Assembly: GCA_904063045.1 (NCBI GenBank)
Contig: CAJFCJ010000007.1
Span: 1,442,698-1,506,697 of the forward strand
Reading direction: 5' to 3'
From: Dimorphilus gyrociliatus
Taxonomy: Eukaryota > Animalia > Annelida
Length of the DNA stretch: 64,000 nt
Shown: piece after piece, positions 1 to 10,890 of the stretch
How the letters are laid out: each line of letters opens with the position of its first letter
Position numbering within the stretch: position 1 is the stretch's first letter
The notes under the pieces: generated by a model
Database searches by the model: none
The model's input: only the letters and a program-made list of their open reading frames with translations
Told to the model about the DNA's origin: nothing
Made by a program: the position numbers and the translations under genes

Positions 1-1016
1 GGTTTCACTCCGACTCTGAGAAGTACAAAATTTGTTCATGCTCAGTAAGATTAGTTCATATTAATTAATATAATATTGATATTAATAATATGTATTTTTT
101 ATTAATATTATTTTTAGAAAAGTCCTAAAGCGTAGTATAGCGACAGTATCCAAATTTAAGATTCGTCGTCATGTAAACAAATCACCAACGAAAAAATTGT
201 GTATTTTCTATACTCGTTTTGGAAAATGCTCTAGAAAGGAACGATGTCCATATGTTCATGATAGCACAAAAGTGGCTGTTTGTACTCGGTATCTACTAAA
301 TTCTTATCTTAGTTTGATAATGCTTCATATTGGTCTTGCTTCAAATCAGCTATGCTCAGGGAAAATGCGTCGAAGATAACTGTCCATTCCTACACCAGCT
401 ATCAACAAATCGAATGCCAGTGTGCCATTACTTTCTGAAAGGAGTCTGCAACAAGGAAAATTGCCCATACCTGCATATAAATTTAGGAAAAAATGCCGAA
501 GTCTGCCAGGACTTCGTCAATGGATACTGCTCAAATGGCGCCCACGTTAATTTCAACAAGAATACTATCTTGTTTTTTTTTCTTTTTTAAATAGTTATTT
601 ATAGAACTATAATTTCCTAAACAGTGCAAGAAACTTCACACAAACATCTGTCTGAAAGGTAAAAAATGTAACAACAACCAATGTAAACTGAAACATAAAG
701 TAGCTAGACCAAGAAAAATATCCATTTCAACAGAGGATATTAAGAAAAAGTATATTTTTAGAAAAAGAATTAAACTAAAAAGTCACCTAATTTACTATTA
801 ACAGAGAATTAGACCGGACGACAGTAGATAAAACGCCAACAGGTAGTCTGTCATTTATATCTTTAGGATCCCACGACGATTTGGAAATCAGCCATTCGTG
901 CGATCTTTCTCCCGAAACATTCAGTTAGTACTTGACATTATTGTTTTTTTATTGTAATAAAAATGTTTCTATTTCCAGACGATATTCATCCAAAATTAAA
1001 CTTTGACAGCGATTAA
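1..1016 (+). CDS. ZC3H3: CCCH zinc-finger protein ZC3H3-like, 3' part (5'-truncated by window edge), multi-exon
   Basis: Tandem CCCH fingers CIFYTRFGKCSRKERCPYVHD, CPFLH, PVCHYFLKGVCNKENCPYLH and VCQDFVNGYCSNG. The last exon 979-1016 (..DIHPKLNFDSD*) ends at TAA 1014-1016. Introns are short GT-AG. Confidence 0.8.
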
Positions 1017-1738
1017 ATTCACCTGTTTTTATTTTTTAATGCAGTTTTAGCCTACAGGTGCTATTGTTCATCGAAATTAATCGAACGTTCAGACAAAATC
1101 GGAAATTATTAGTGAGCATAATAACCCAACTGGATCCTCTGTCTTGTCCGGTGTCGTTTAAACTTGTTGGTATTGATATTGTTGATATTTTCTCAGAATA
1201 AACTGAAAGATTAAAAAAATAATTTGAGTGCAATAGATTTTCTATAAGAAATTGTGCAACCCATTTGACTCTCTTTAAGGCCGAAGTACTGCTCCTCCTA
1301 CAATAAAAGTATAACAGACACTTTTTTAGCTTAAAACAAAATTTTTCGTTAAAATAAGCCGGTAATTACCATAATATATTAATTTTCAATCTATTAATAG
1401 GTATAAGAAAAGTTTTAACACCCGTTCCATGGCCTATATGAGGTCTTTGAATAGAGTAGAAATGCACCGGCAGTTTTGAGTGACAGATTCAATTCTAAAA
1501 ATAACTACCTCATTTGCATGCCCGAATTTTCCATAGATTCGCCAAACGTAATGTCTAAAAATAGCTATGATCTTAACGCTGATTGGCTCGCTGTGCGCCA
1601 ATATCCCAAAGTAGTAACACAATGGAGCTATCCCTATATAAAGCGGAACTCCGGCAATTCTCCGTAAAATTTCAAGCGCGAAACATTTAAAACTCTACTT
1701 ATCCGAGTTTGTTTATACACTTTAGTCGCTGTAACAAC

Positions 1739-2347
1739 ATGAATGAACTATCTGACGACATTTTGGCACTCATCAACGGTATATCTAGTAATGACGATGA
1801 ACAAACATCACCTGTCCACTCTTCATCGTATCCCTCTTCTCCTGAGTCGGATTTTTACGCCTCATCTGCATCATCCTTAGACATTCATCAATGCCGACTA
1901 CCCACTGATCATAAAGAAATTAACGTTGAAGAACTTATCAAGATGGTTGGTGAACAACCCCTGCAGAACGAACCAACAAAATTGAATATGACCGACATGC
2001 AGCTAGTATCTCTATCCGTGAAAGAATTAAATCGACAACTTCAAGGTTTGTCAAAAGATGAAATAACCCGTATAAAACAAAGGCGAAGGACCTTGAAGAA
2101 CCGAGGTTATGCCCATAATTGTCGAAACAAACGTCTACAACAAAAAGCCGACTTGGAAAAAGTGAACCAAAGTGTCCTATGTCAGTTCCAAGAATTGAAG
2201 AACCAATTAAACGTCGCAAAGGAAGAAATTGACTCTCTTAGAAGAGAAAGAGATTATTTTAAGAAGGAAAGAGACTATTATAAAACAGAATTTGAAAGGC
2301 AACAATTGACCAGTATTCCAATGTCTCCGGAAAGCGTCATTTTCTAG
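1739..2347 (+). CDS. MAF: Large-Maf-type bZIP transcription factor, intronless, about 202 aa
   Basis: Maf extended homology region plus basic/zipper: [44 protein letters not shown]. The acidic Ser/Pro-rich N-terminus ([14 protein letters not shown]) favours the large-Maf class. ATG at 1739. Confidence 0.88.
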   Translation: MNELSDDILALINGISSNDDEQTSPVHSSSYPSSPESDFYASSASSLDIHQCRLPTDHKEINVEELIKMVGEQPLQNEPTKLNMTDMQLVSLSVKELNRQLQGLSKDEITRIKQRRRTLKNRGYAHNCRNKRLQQKADLEKVNQSVLCQFQELKNQLNVAKEEIDSLRRERDYFKKERDYYKTEFERQQLTSIPMSPESVIF

Positions 2348-2960
2348 AAAAGAAGTTTTTCTACTTTCTATGCACAAACTGAACGAAAGTGTGTCGGAAG
2401 GTCGTGTGAGATTATATAAATTCGATAAAATTTCTATGAATGCATAAACGATTGTAGTATCTATATTTTCCTGCTATTTATTCCTCAAGTAATACAAACA
2501 CTGCCATTTAACATATAGTTCGATCTCCTATAAGATGTTCACCTCAATCTTTAATCAGCTGTATTTTAGCACATGTGGGAGTGAATAGCCAAGAAAGAAT
2601 ACGCCCATCATGTGCCCGATCGATCACCCTTTCTCCCCCTTCCTTTCTCGCTAAGACTTATCTAATTGTCTTATATAGCGTACTATAAAACAGAGCAAGT
2701 TCGTACAGAAAAATTCAAAAATCTGTTAACAAAATATGCAGAAGCTAACTCCTTGCTCCTTGCCCTATTAAATCCTTTACAAATAAAATTTGTACATGCC
2801 ATTTAAGTAGAGTATAAAAATTTATTAACTCACATCTGTATATCAACACATAAATAAAGATATATTTATCCACTCATACAAACTATGTATTCAAATACAA
2901 TATATGTTTAAATATAAAAGTCTAGCTTGTATATATAGTCTACCCTGTTAGCTGGATGTA

Positions 2961-3100
2961 GATATATATATATATATATATATACAATATATATATACTG
3001 TATATATAAATATGTATATATATATATATATACAATTTATATTAGTACATATGTATATCTATAAATATATATATTCATATATATGTACCATATATATATT
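2961..3100. repeat. (AT)n microsatellite / low-complexity tract
   Basis: Long imperfect TATATA run between Maf and WWOX. Confidence 0.95.
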
Positions 3101-3178
3101 CATATTCAAAGAAAACGGACGAAAGGGTGAATGCGCGGCTTCCACTAATCAATTTTTTGTTCTATTTGTATCTTCCAA

Positions 3179-3428
3179 TGACGTCATATTTAGGCATCCC
3201 TACAAACAAGTATCCGCGAAATTTCCAGAATTTAGCTATTAATTTATTGAATGATAGGAAATTACTCTATCGCAAATAGTCGATCGTCATAAATGCAACA
3301 TGTGCCCACGCAATTTATAGAGAATAGTAATTGCTATAGAAACTACTTATACATAAAAAAATTATGTAGCATGACCTCTGTAGATTGTAGGGCGTTACTT
3401 GTGACGTCAATGCAAATTACTGACGTCA
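3179..3428. promoter_or_regulatory. Cluster of three perfect CRE palindromes (TGACGTCA)
   Basis: TGACGTCA at 3179-3186, 3402-3409 and 3421-3428, between the Maf and WWOX stop codons. Function is inferred. Confidence 0.5.
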
Positions 3429-3484
3429 AACGAGAATTACAGGAATACCTGGGAGACACGGCAAACAGACGCGTCAGTTCCTCA

Positions 3485-5632
3485 TTAGCATATGGCAAAC
3501 TCGGTCGGGGCTTCGTTTGGTTGCTCTGCATCAGTCAGCTGTTTGCAGCGTAAGTTTAAGTCGTTCAAAGTAGCAGCTTTCTGTATCATCAATTCCCCCA
3601 AAGACCACAACTCCTTGGCTAAAATATCACTTTGTGCAGCCAAACTAGGCTGACATTCAGAACAGTTCATGAAGTAGCATCCGCCGATTACGCCCACCTA
3701 CTCGCATTTTCCATAAATGAGTTAATTGACGTAAGAAATTAAGTAATCTACTAGCCTGCCTCGATGTGGCTGCATAAACAATAGTAGCAGCACCCTGCTC
3801 TTTCGATTTAGTAAAAGGTCTGCAGAGGGTGTAAGCTAGCATTAACCACCAGGAGTGACGAAATATAGAGGTATATATCATGTTTCCAGGATGCACTGCG
3901 TGACAAATAACCTAAGCGAATAAAAAAATCACTTTATTACACAAAATATAATTCAGGATGCAAAGGAAAGTTGTACATAGCGGAATAACCATCTTAATCT
4001 ATCTAAGAAATGAATACTACAAGAAAGGCTTTTTAATTAGTAAACAAGTCACGAACATATAAACTATATAGATAGATATAGGGCATATACCTGTCTCTGT
4101 ATTCACAGAAAAATTGTAGCAAACAAAATATTGTTATTATTTTATAATATTTATAATTATATTTATAGATACCCTCTTCTTATCCATTCTCCTATTAAGT
4201 TCTTTTACTAAAAGTAGCTTGCACAGATTTGCATTACAATAGGCTTCTAAGGGGCAATAGCCAGACGCTTGGGGATTTAGAGTATTAGCGATAATATCTG
4301 ATGCATTTTGAATCTTCGATTGCCTAATTTCAAATATAACAATATAGTACAACTACATTAAATTAGATTAACGCACCAATGAGCTTCGCATGTAACAGCA
4401 ACAATACGAGAATTTTCAGAGCTATTGTAGCCTGAAGCAACTAAAAGATTTTCAAGAAATTTGCACAGATAGAAATGACCCAAATAATGTGATTGAAATG
4501 TTCTTTCAAACCCGTCAACAGTTTTTTGGAATGGAGGAAACATTTCGCCAGCATTAAGGATAAGAACGTTTAAAGGCCTAAACAAACAAAAGCATATTAA
4601 TAAAAAGAAAACTAAATCGAATAATCAACAAAAGAAATTTACGCACCAGCCCTGAGAAATATATTCCTGCGCAAAACATTTTACGCTTTTCAAATCATTC
4701 AAATCCAAATGTTTAACGTAAATATTCAATTTAACTTTGGAGCTGCAATGAAGAAATAATTGCTTAAGAGTTATTTGTTTATATGCATTTAGTATTAAAA
4801 TTATATTATATACAATATTTAGTATATTTGTAGAATTTCTTTATAAATATTAACCTGTTGTCAATCATTTTAGAAGCTATTAATTCAGCTTTTTTAACAT
4901 CTCTACAGCCCATAGTCACGTGAGCGCCATGAAGAGCTAATGATTTAGCTGTTTCATATCCTTTCAAAATGTATATGTATTATATATTTATTGGTTAGCT
5001 AATTACTTCTAATACCTAATCCAGAACTAGCTCCAGTAACTATTATATATTTTCCCGTTAGGTCTTTTCCATGAAGAAGTTGTAATGTAGTCGTACTTGA
5101 GTCAAATCGACATTTTAAAGGTACAAATTTATAAGAATCATCTTCAATTGCAAATGCTAATCTAGGGTCCGTGAAGGTGGTTTTCTGATTTATATGACTA
5201 AAAAGAATTGCAACCGGAGTAGATCAGTTCTATTTCATAATATACAAACTTACTCAACGTAGACTATCAGTCCTTGATCCGACACTGTCAGTTCCCAACC
5301 GTAAGGTAAATCTGGGAGTAGTTGACCTAAATAAATTTTTATCAGTATTATGCAATGAACAAACCTCCGATTACTCTTTTCTTTTTCCCTGTGTAAGGAT
5401 GTTCCCATTGAGTTTCTTGAGTTTGATGGCTTAAGATAGATTGAAACAATAAACATTCATTATCGCTCGACAAAAAATATATAAAAACTCTTTAAAGAAA
5501 TATTAAAAAAAATATTCCTGACAATCATAAAAAAACTTACTTTGCATAATAGACTTTCCCGTTTGTTGTGACCCTTTCTTCCCAACCACTAGGAAGATCA
5601 TCGTCAGAATCACTTTCAGCTAGTTTGTCCAT
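3485..5632 (-). CDS. WWOX: WW domain-containing oxidoreductase, about 10 exons
   Basis: [32 protein letters not shown] (WW1), [35 protein letters not shown] (WW2), SDR motifs [22 protein letters not shown] and [16 protein letters not shown] at 5632-5630, stop at 3485. Confidence 0.93.
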
Positions 5633-5740
5633 TCCAGATTCGGACACTGTGGAGTTTTTGAATGATTTTCAGTTTATTGTTTGGAATTATTCTTTCGTTC
5701 GATACCCAAGTTTCGACATTCGATCAAAATTTGACTAGAA

Positions 5741-7345
5741 ATGTCAGGAAATCCGCGGACAGGGGCTGATATATGGTCAAGGTTTGTGCCATTTGTTATC
5801 AAAATCTTTAAATTGTAATTTCCCAGTGAATTTTCATATTTGATTTTGCGGCACATTCTTAACATAACAGAGGCGTTGCCTGTCGTAGCTTGTTTTCGCT
5901 CTCTGTTCGACTGCAGTGATTGAATTTTTCTAAATGTTAAAATTTCAGCAATCGACAGCAAAGATTTATAGAGCAACGAATCGCCCAGGTGGAAAAGCAC
6001 CTGGGCGAAATGTGTCAAGCATTCGGTGCTTTTTCTCGAAAAATAGCAAGACTTAGAGACAAAGGTGAGAATCATATTAAGGCTTGGGGCTGTTTCTTTA
6101 ATTTAGCTTTTCATTAGGTGACGAAATATGTCAAAAGATCAAGGACTATTCCGAAACTGAAATTGTTAACCAGAGTACACTAGAAGCATTGTCAACTTTT
6201 GCACAAAACTTTTCTGCTGTTCAAGATTATCGAGATCACGAGGTATTGTTTGCATTCTTTTATTTTTAAATAAAAATTTTACACCATAGCAAATTCAATT
6301 CTTTATTAAAAATAGGTTAAAAGCATTCAACGTAAAGTTGTAAACCCTCTATCGCAATATGGACACAAATGTAAAGATGCAAAAGAAGACTTGAAAAATG
6401 CATTTACCGCACACGAGAAGGATCTAAAAAGTCGTAAAAAGTTTGAAAGAACTCGAGAAAGGGGTTCAATTGATCGTCAAGATATGGTATATTATTACCC
6501 ACATTTTTACGTAAGTTATTGTAAAACTTATTATATGACTATTATTTCGCAATAGACAAGAAAGGAGCATGAATTGCTTAAAACTAGTACACAAGCACTC
6601 CATTCGGAGAAAGTTTTGGAAGAGAAAATGGAGTCGTTTGAAAGACAAAAAGTAAATGATCTGAAAGTGAGTTAATATTTTGTTTAATTAAGTGATTTAA
6701 AGTTCTTTTCTCTTATCTTTTTTTTCAGAACATTCTTATGGATTTCGTGAATACCGAATTAATATTTCACGCAAGAGCTTTGGAACACTTTACAAATTGT
6801 TATAGATCTTTGCAGGATATTGATGAGGAAGCTGATATAGCGGTAATATTTCTTTATGAACAAATAAAATGAAACAAATTTGTTTTTCATATCAGAGTTT
6901 TAGATCCGTACTGAATCCTTCTCAAACTGAAGGTAGATTAAATATACAACGGCAAAATTCAAGGTCGTCTTTGAACGATACACGATTATCTTCTCAATCT
7001 GCAACGCCACTTCAAACTCGTTCGGCAACACATAGCCGTCAACATTCGACTTCTTCGGCTAATATGTTTGTTGCTAAATCTGAAATTGGACGATCACCTC
7101 AGGCTCAAGCAAGAACATTCAATGGCCAGAATCGAAATGATAGGAGGGGATATGCAGCTGCTAGTAGCGAAGACGATGATCTTGAAGATGATGATGAGGA
7201 TGAAAGCGAAGATGAAAGTGAAATTACTAATCCACCAGTTAATAGAGGACAAGGAAGAGGCTCGAATATTATAAGAGGGGGTCGGGGTGGAGGTAGGCCT
7301 AATTCTGCAGGCCCTGTTAGAGGAAGAGGGGCCTTTGGGCGATAG
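5741..7345 (+). CDS. CIBAR1: FAM92/CIBAR BAR-domain ciliary protein, multi-exon
   Basis: Exon 2 encodes RFIEQRIAQVEKHLGEMCQAFGAFSRKIARLRDKG, matching the FAM92 N-terminus. Later exons give FERQKVNDLK and ELIFHARALEHFT. ATG at 5741 (MSGNPRTGADIW). The tail is acidic and RGG-rich. Confidence 0.85.
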
Positions 7346-7629
7346 TTAGTAAGGTGCTAATATGCATAAAGTAAACACTGTCTCGTCCTATTTTAACCGT
7401 CCGTGATTGTTTATAGAGTATAATTTGTAGATAAAGCAACATTATATTTTTTGAATTAATACATTCCGCGAATAAGTACCGCCACCTACAATTTTATCAT
7501 GTAACAACCAATCAGAGAACTGAACGCTGTCGTTCTTTAAAAATGCACTTGTATAAAAGGCTACGGAAAGGGCAACCTGACAATTCTAGTTGAGCACGTT
7601 AAATTATAGTTATACGGGAACGGTGGAGT

Positions 7630-10600
7630 ATGAGCCCCGAATATCTAGTCGTTTTATTTCAAGTGACAGGAGGTCAGAATGGTGAAAACCTTGGCTCCGA
7701 CGAAGAAGAAGTCGTCTTTTTCGTTTACTTACTTTATGACATAGCGTCTAATAAAGTAGTTTGTGTGCAATCCTATTACTGCCGGCCCACGCAAAATGAA
7801 CTTCGAGAAACTATTTTAACTGAAGAATGCAAAATTGTCACTGGCCTTAATGAAGATCTCATAAAATCTGCTCCTCCTCTGGAGCAAGTTCTGGACGAGG
7901 TTAGTTTCATTCTCTGTCAATAGGCCTAAGTGCTCAGTTTTCACAGTTTTTAGCTGTGTCTATCACGTGTTTTATATATAACTTTAAAACGTAGCATATA
8001 TATTTAATTTTAATGTGCTTTTTTGCCTATATAGCATTTATGTGCTAATTCATTTTTTTTCAATGTGTTCTTCAGTTCGAACGTTTTCTCGTTCAAAAAG
8101 AACTTCACCCCCTCCATGGCGGTTCATCCTTCTTTTTATGCTGCGATGGCCAACTTCACTTACGACTAGTCTTACATCCAGAAGCTCAGAGAAAAAACAT
8201 TTCATTGCCTACATACTTTTATAAATTCTTCGACCTGAGGAAGGCTTTTAAGGAACACTACAAGGTTGAAACTGTCCATTGCATCAAAGACATGCTAGAC
8301 CGTATCCTTTAAAGTTTTTACAACTTTTTTGTAACACTACATACGTCCCGCATTCATGAAAACGTGACGTTAGAGGTTGGCAGGCGCTTAATTTACATAT
8401 TGCTGTAACGGTGCAGGTGCGTCCCGCATTGGACGTCGTCGAAGAAAATAAACCCTTATATAGATAGCCATGTCAGAGAGACGCCTTTCGAAACGTCAGC
8501 TGCGGTACACGTGGCTTGATGACTCCTCAATTTCGATTGAGTTATCCAGCTGTTGCGAGCATCAAACGGGCGTCCAAATGCTTTGTTCTGTAGAGCTAGG
8601 TGTTGTGTATTGAGAAACGTGCATCTATTCAGCTGTCGCGCACTAAAACGCGTGTTCTGAACGATATACTGCCTATAACGAATATTATAAAATATTCCTT
8701 AACCGTTCATCAAATATAGACTTGAATTTAGAAGTGGACCAATCTGTGGAATATGGCGTCAGACACTGCCAAGATATGGCTAAAATTATTCAAAGATTGT
8801 TGGACGATCGTAAGTTTTTTATTAATAATAATCATTATTTGGTATTATTATTTCAATTCATAGTACCTTGTATAATATCGATTTTTAATATACTCTTACC
8901 AATCCGAGTATATAGTTGTTTTTAATCACTTATTATATTGTTAATTGTTAGTTAGAGGAGTTAGGAACGAGGGCCATTAATCGTCCTACTAATCCTCCAC
9001 TTTAATAGAGTGGAAAAACTTGAATGGTTTAGCAATAGAAGTATACGTTGTAACTTGCGTGTATATTTACGTAGAAGTGCCCACTGTCTTACTAAGCTTC
9101 TAGGTCAATAGTATATATCGAGTTTATACCGCCCTTTACGACATTCGAACGCTTATTAAAATTTCTCACGCTTCAGGCTATCAGTTCAGCGATCCCGAAA
9201 CAATCAGCAATCGTCTGGAACCCGGCATATGGTTAGTACTCTTTATCTATTTTTTCCGCCAATCACACTTTAGGCCTAAGTATTTTGAAACAATCCTACT
9301 TCTTCTCTTTATGTCACTTTTAGACTAAACAGTATTTCATTATTTGCAATAGAAAAAAATCGCAGCATTTATAAATAGTTCGTTCGCATTGAAATCGCAT
9401 TTTCGCTATAGACTGGTGCTTTTATATGATGTGTTCTATTCTATTTCACAGTTCAAAGAGTGAGAACGTTGACGACGACACGGTAATTAGAGCTAGAGGT
9501 TTGCCATGGCAGTCTTCTGATCAGGACATCGCGCTTTTTTTTAAAGGATTAAATATTATAAAGTAAATAAAAGAGCAATATTTTCAGACGTTTCAAATTG
9601 ATTTGCTATAATATGAAAAAAATGATTGAACAGGGGTGGAGTTGCTTTATGCCTTAGTCCACAAGGGCGGCGAAATGGCGAAGCTTTAATACGATTTGAA
9701 TGTAAGGAACATAGAGATTTGGCGCTAAGAAAACATAAACATCATTTGGGCCAACGCTATATTGAAGTCTATAAGGCTTCTGGAAAAGATTTTATAAACG
9801 TGGCTGGGGGAGGGAACGCAGAAGCTCAACAGTTTTTGGAGAAGCATAACAATGAAGGCCAAGTCATTGTTCGAATGCGGGGACTACCCTATTCTGCTAC
9901 CTCTCAACAAATCGTGAGTGTGCCTTTTGCTAACTAGCTTTATCCTCTTTCTTAACTCATTAATAATAAATGTGGTAGCGGGTGAGGAAAAGTTTTAATC
10001 TCTGCTCTGACGATCAGGCATTTTGTTAAGGTTATAGTGACTTTGTAAAGCAGTCTTTATGGCAAAGAAGGGACTGGGTGGGGGGCTTTTGCCGTGGTAG
10101 AGGAAAACATTTTGAACATAAAAACGACATATTTAAAAGATTTTCTATCAATATAAACAGACCCGTAAACGATGTCTATAAATGGTAAGTCGCAGAAATG
10201 GGGAAGTGATTTAGCGGGTCTGGTGTGGTTTCCTGTGTTTTAAACGGAATAAGCTTGCATTTACAAATAATATCATAATAACCAAACGTATAACCAACAG
10301 TATGTAGATGTATCTAAAGTATATATGTATATAGATATATAGATATACACTTTAGAAACTACACTTACGTACAAAAACACTATCTATACAGCCTATGGTT
10401 TATACAGTGCATAAACTTGAACACGTTATTTAATCTCTTATAGCTAGCTAACATAAATATTGTTTAGCATGAGCAATGCACATAATACGGAATGAATTTT
10501 TTTCATAACACTTTTTCATACATAAAGATTATTAATTTTTTGTTTATTTAAAAAATTCAAGATACACAGAAGTTTCTTGTATATTGAGAGACAGACAGAC

Positions 10601-10859
10601 AGACAGACAGAGAGAGAGAGAGAGAGAGAGAAAAAAAGAATCTAAAAATAATGTCCCATATGTTGGTTAAAATCAAGAAACAAAACTGTTCAAGAGTATG
10701 AATAGGTAGTGTAGTAGCTTAAGAAAATTTTCTTTTTTATTGAGACGACGATATACGATAAGCATATTTGCTTGTGCAGAGTTAACACATTGCATTGCCT
10801 TTTCACTCAATAGATATCTAATAAGCTTTGCACTGTATATTCTCATGTTGTATACGTAG

Positions 10860-10890
<31 letters not shown>

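Noticed and set aside
3012-3242. 76-aa ORF rich in Y/I (MYIYIYIQ...)
   Set aside because: It is the translation of the (AT)n microsatellite, not a gene.
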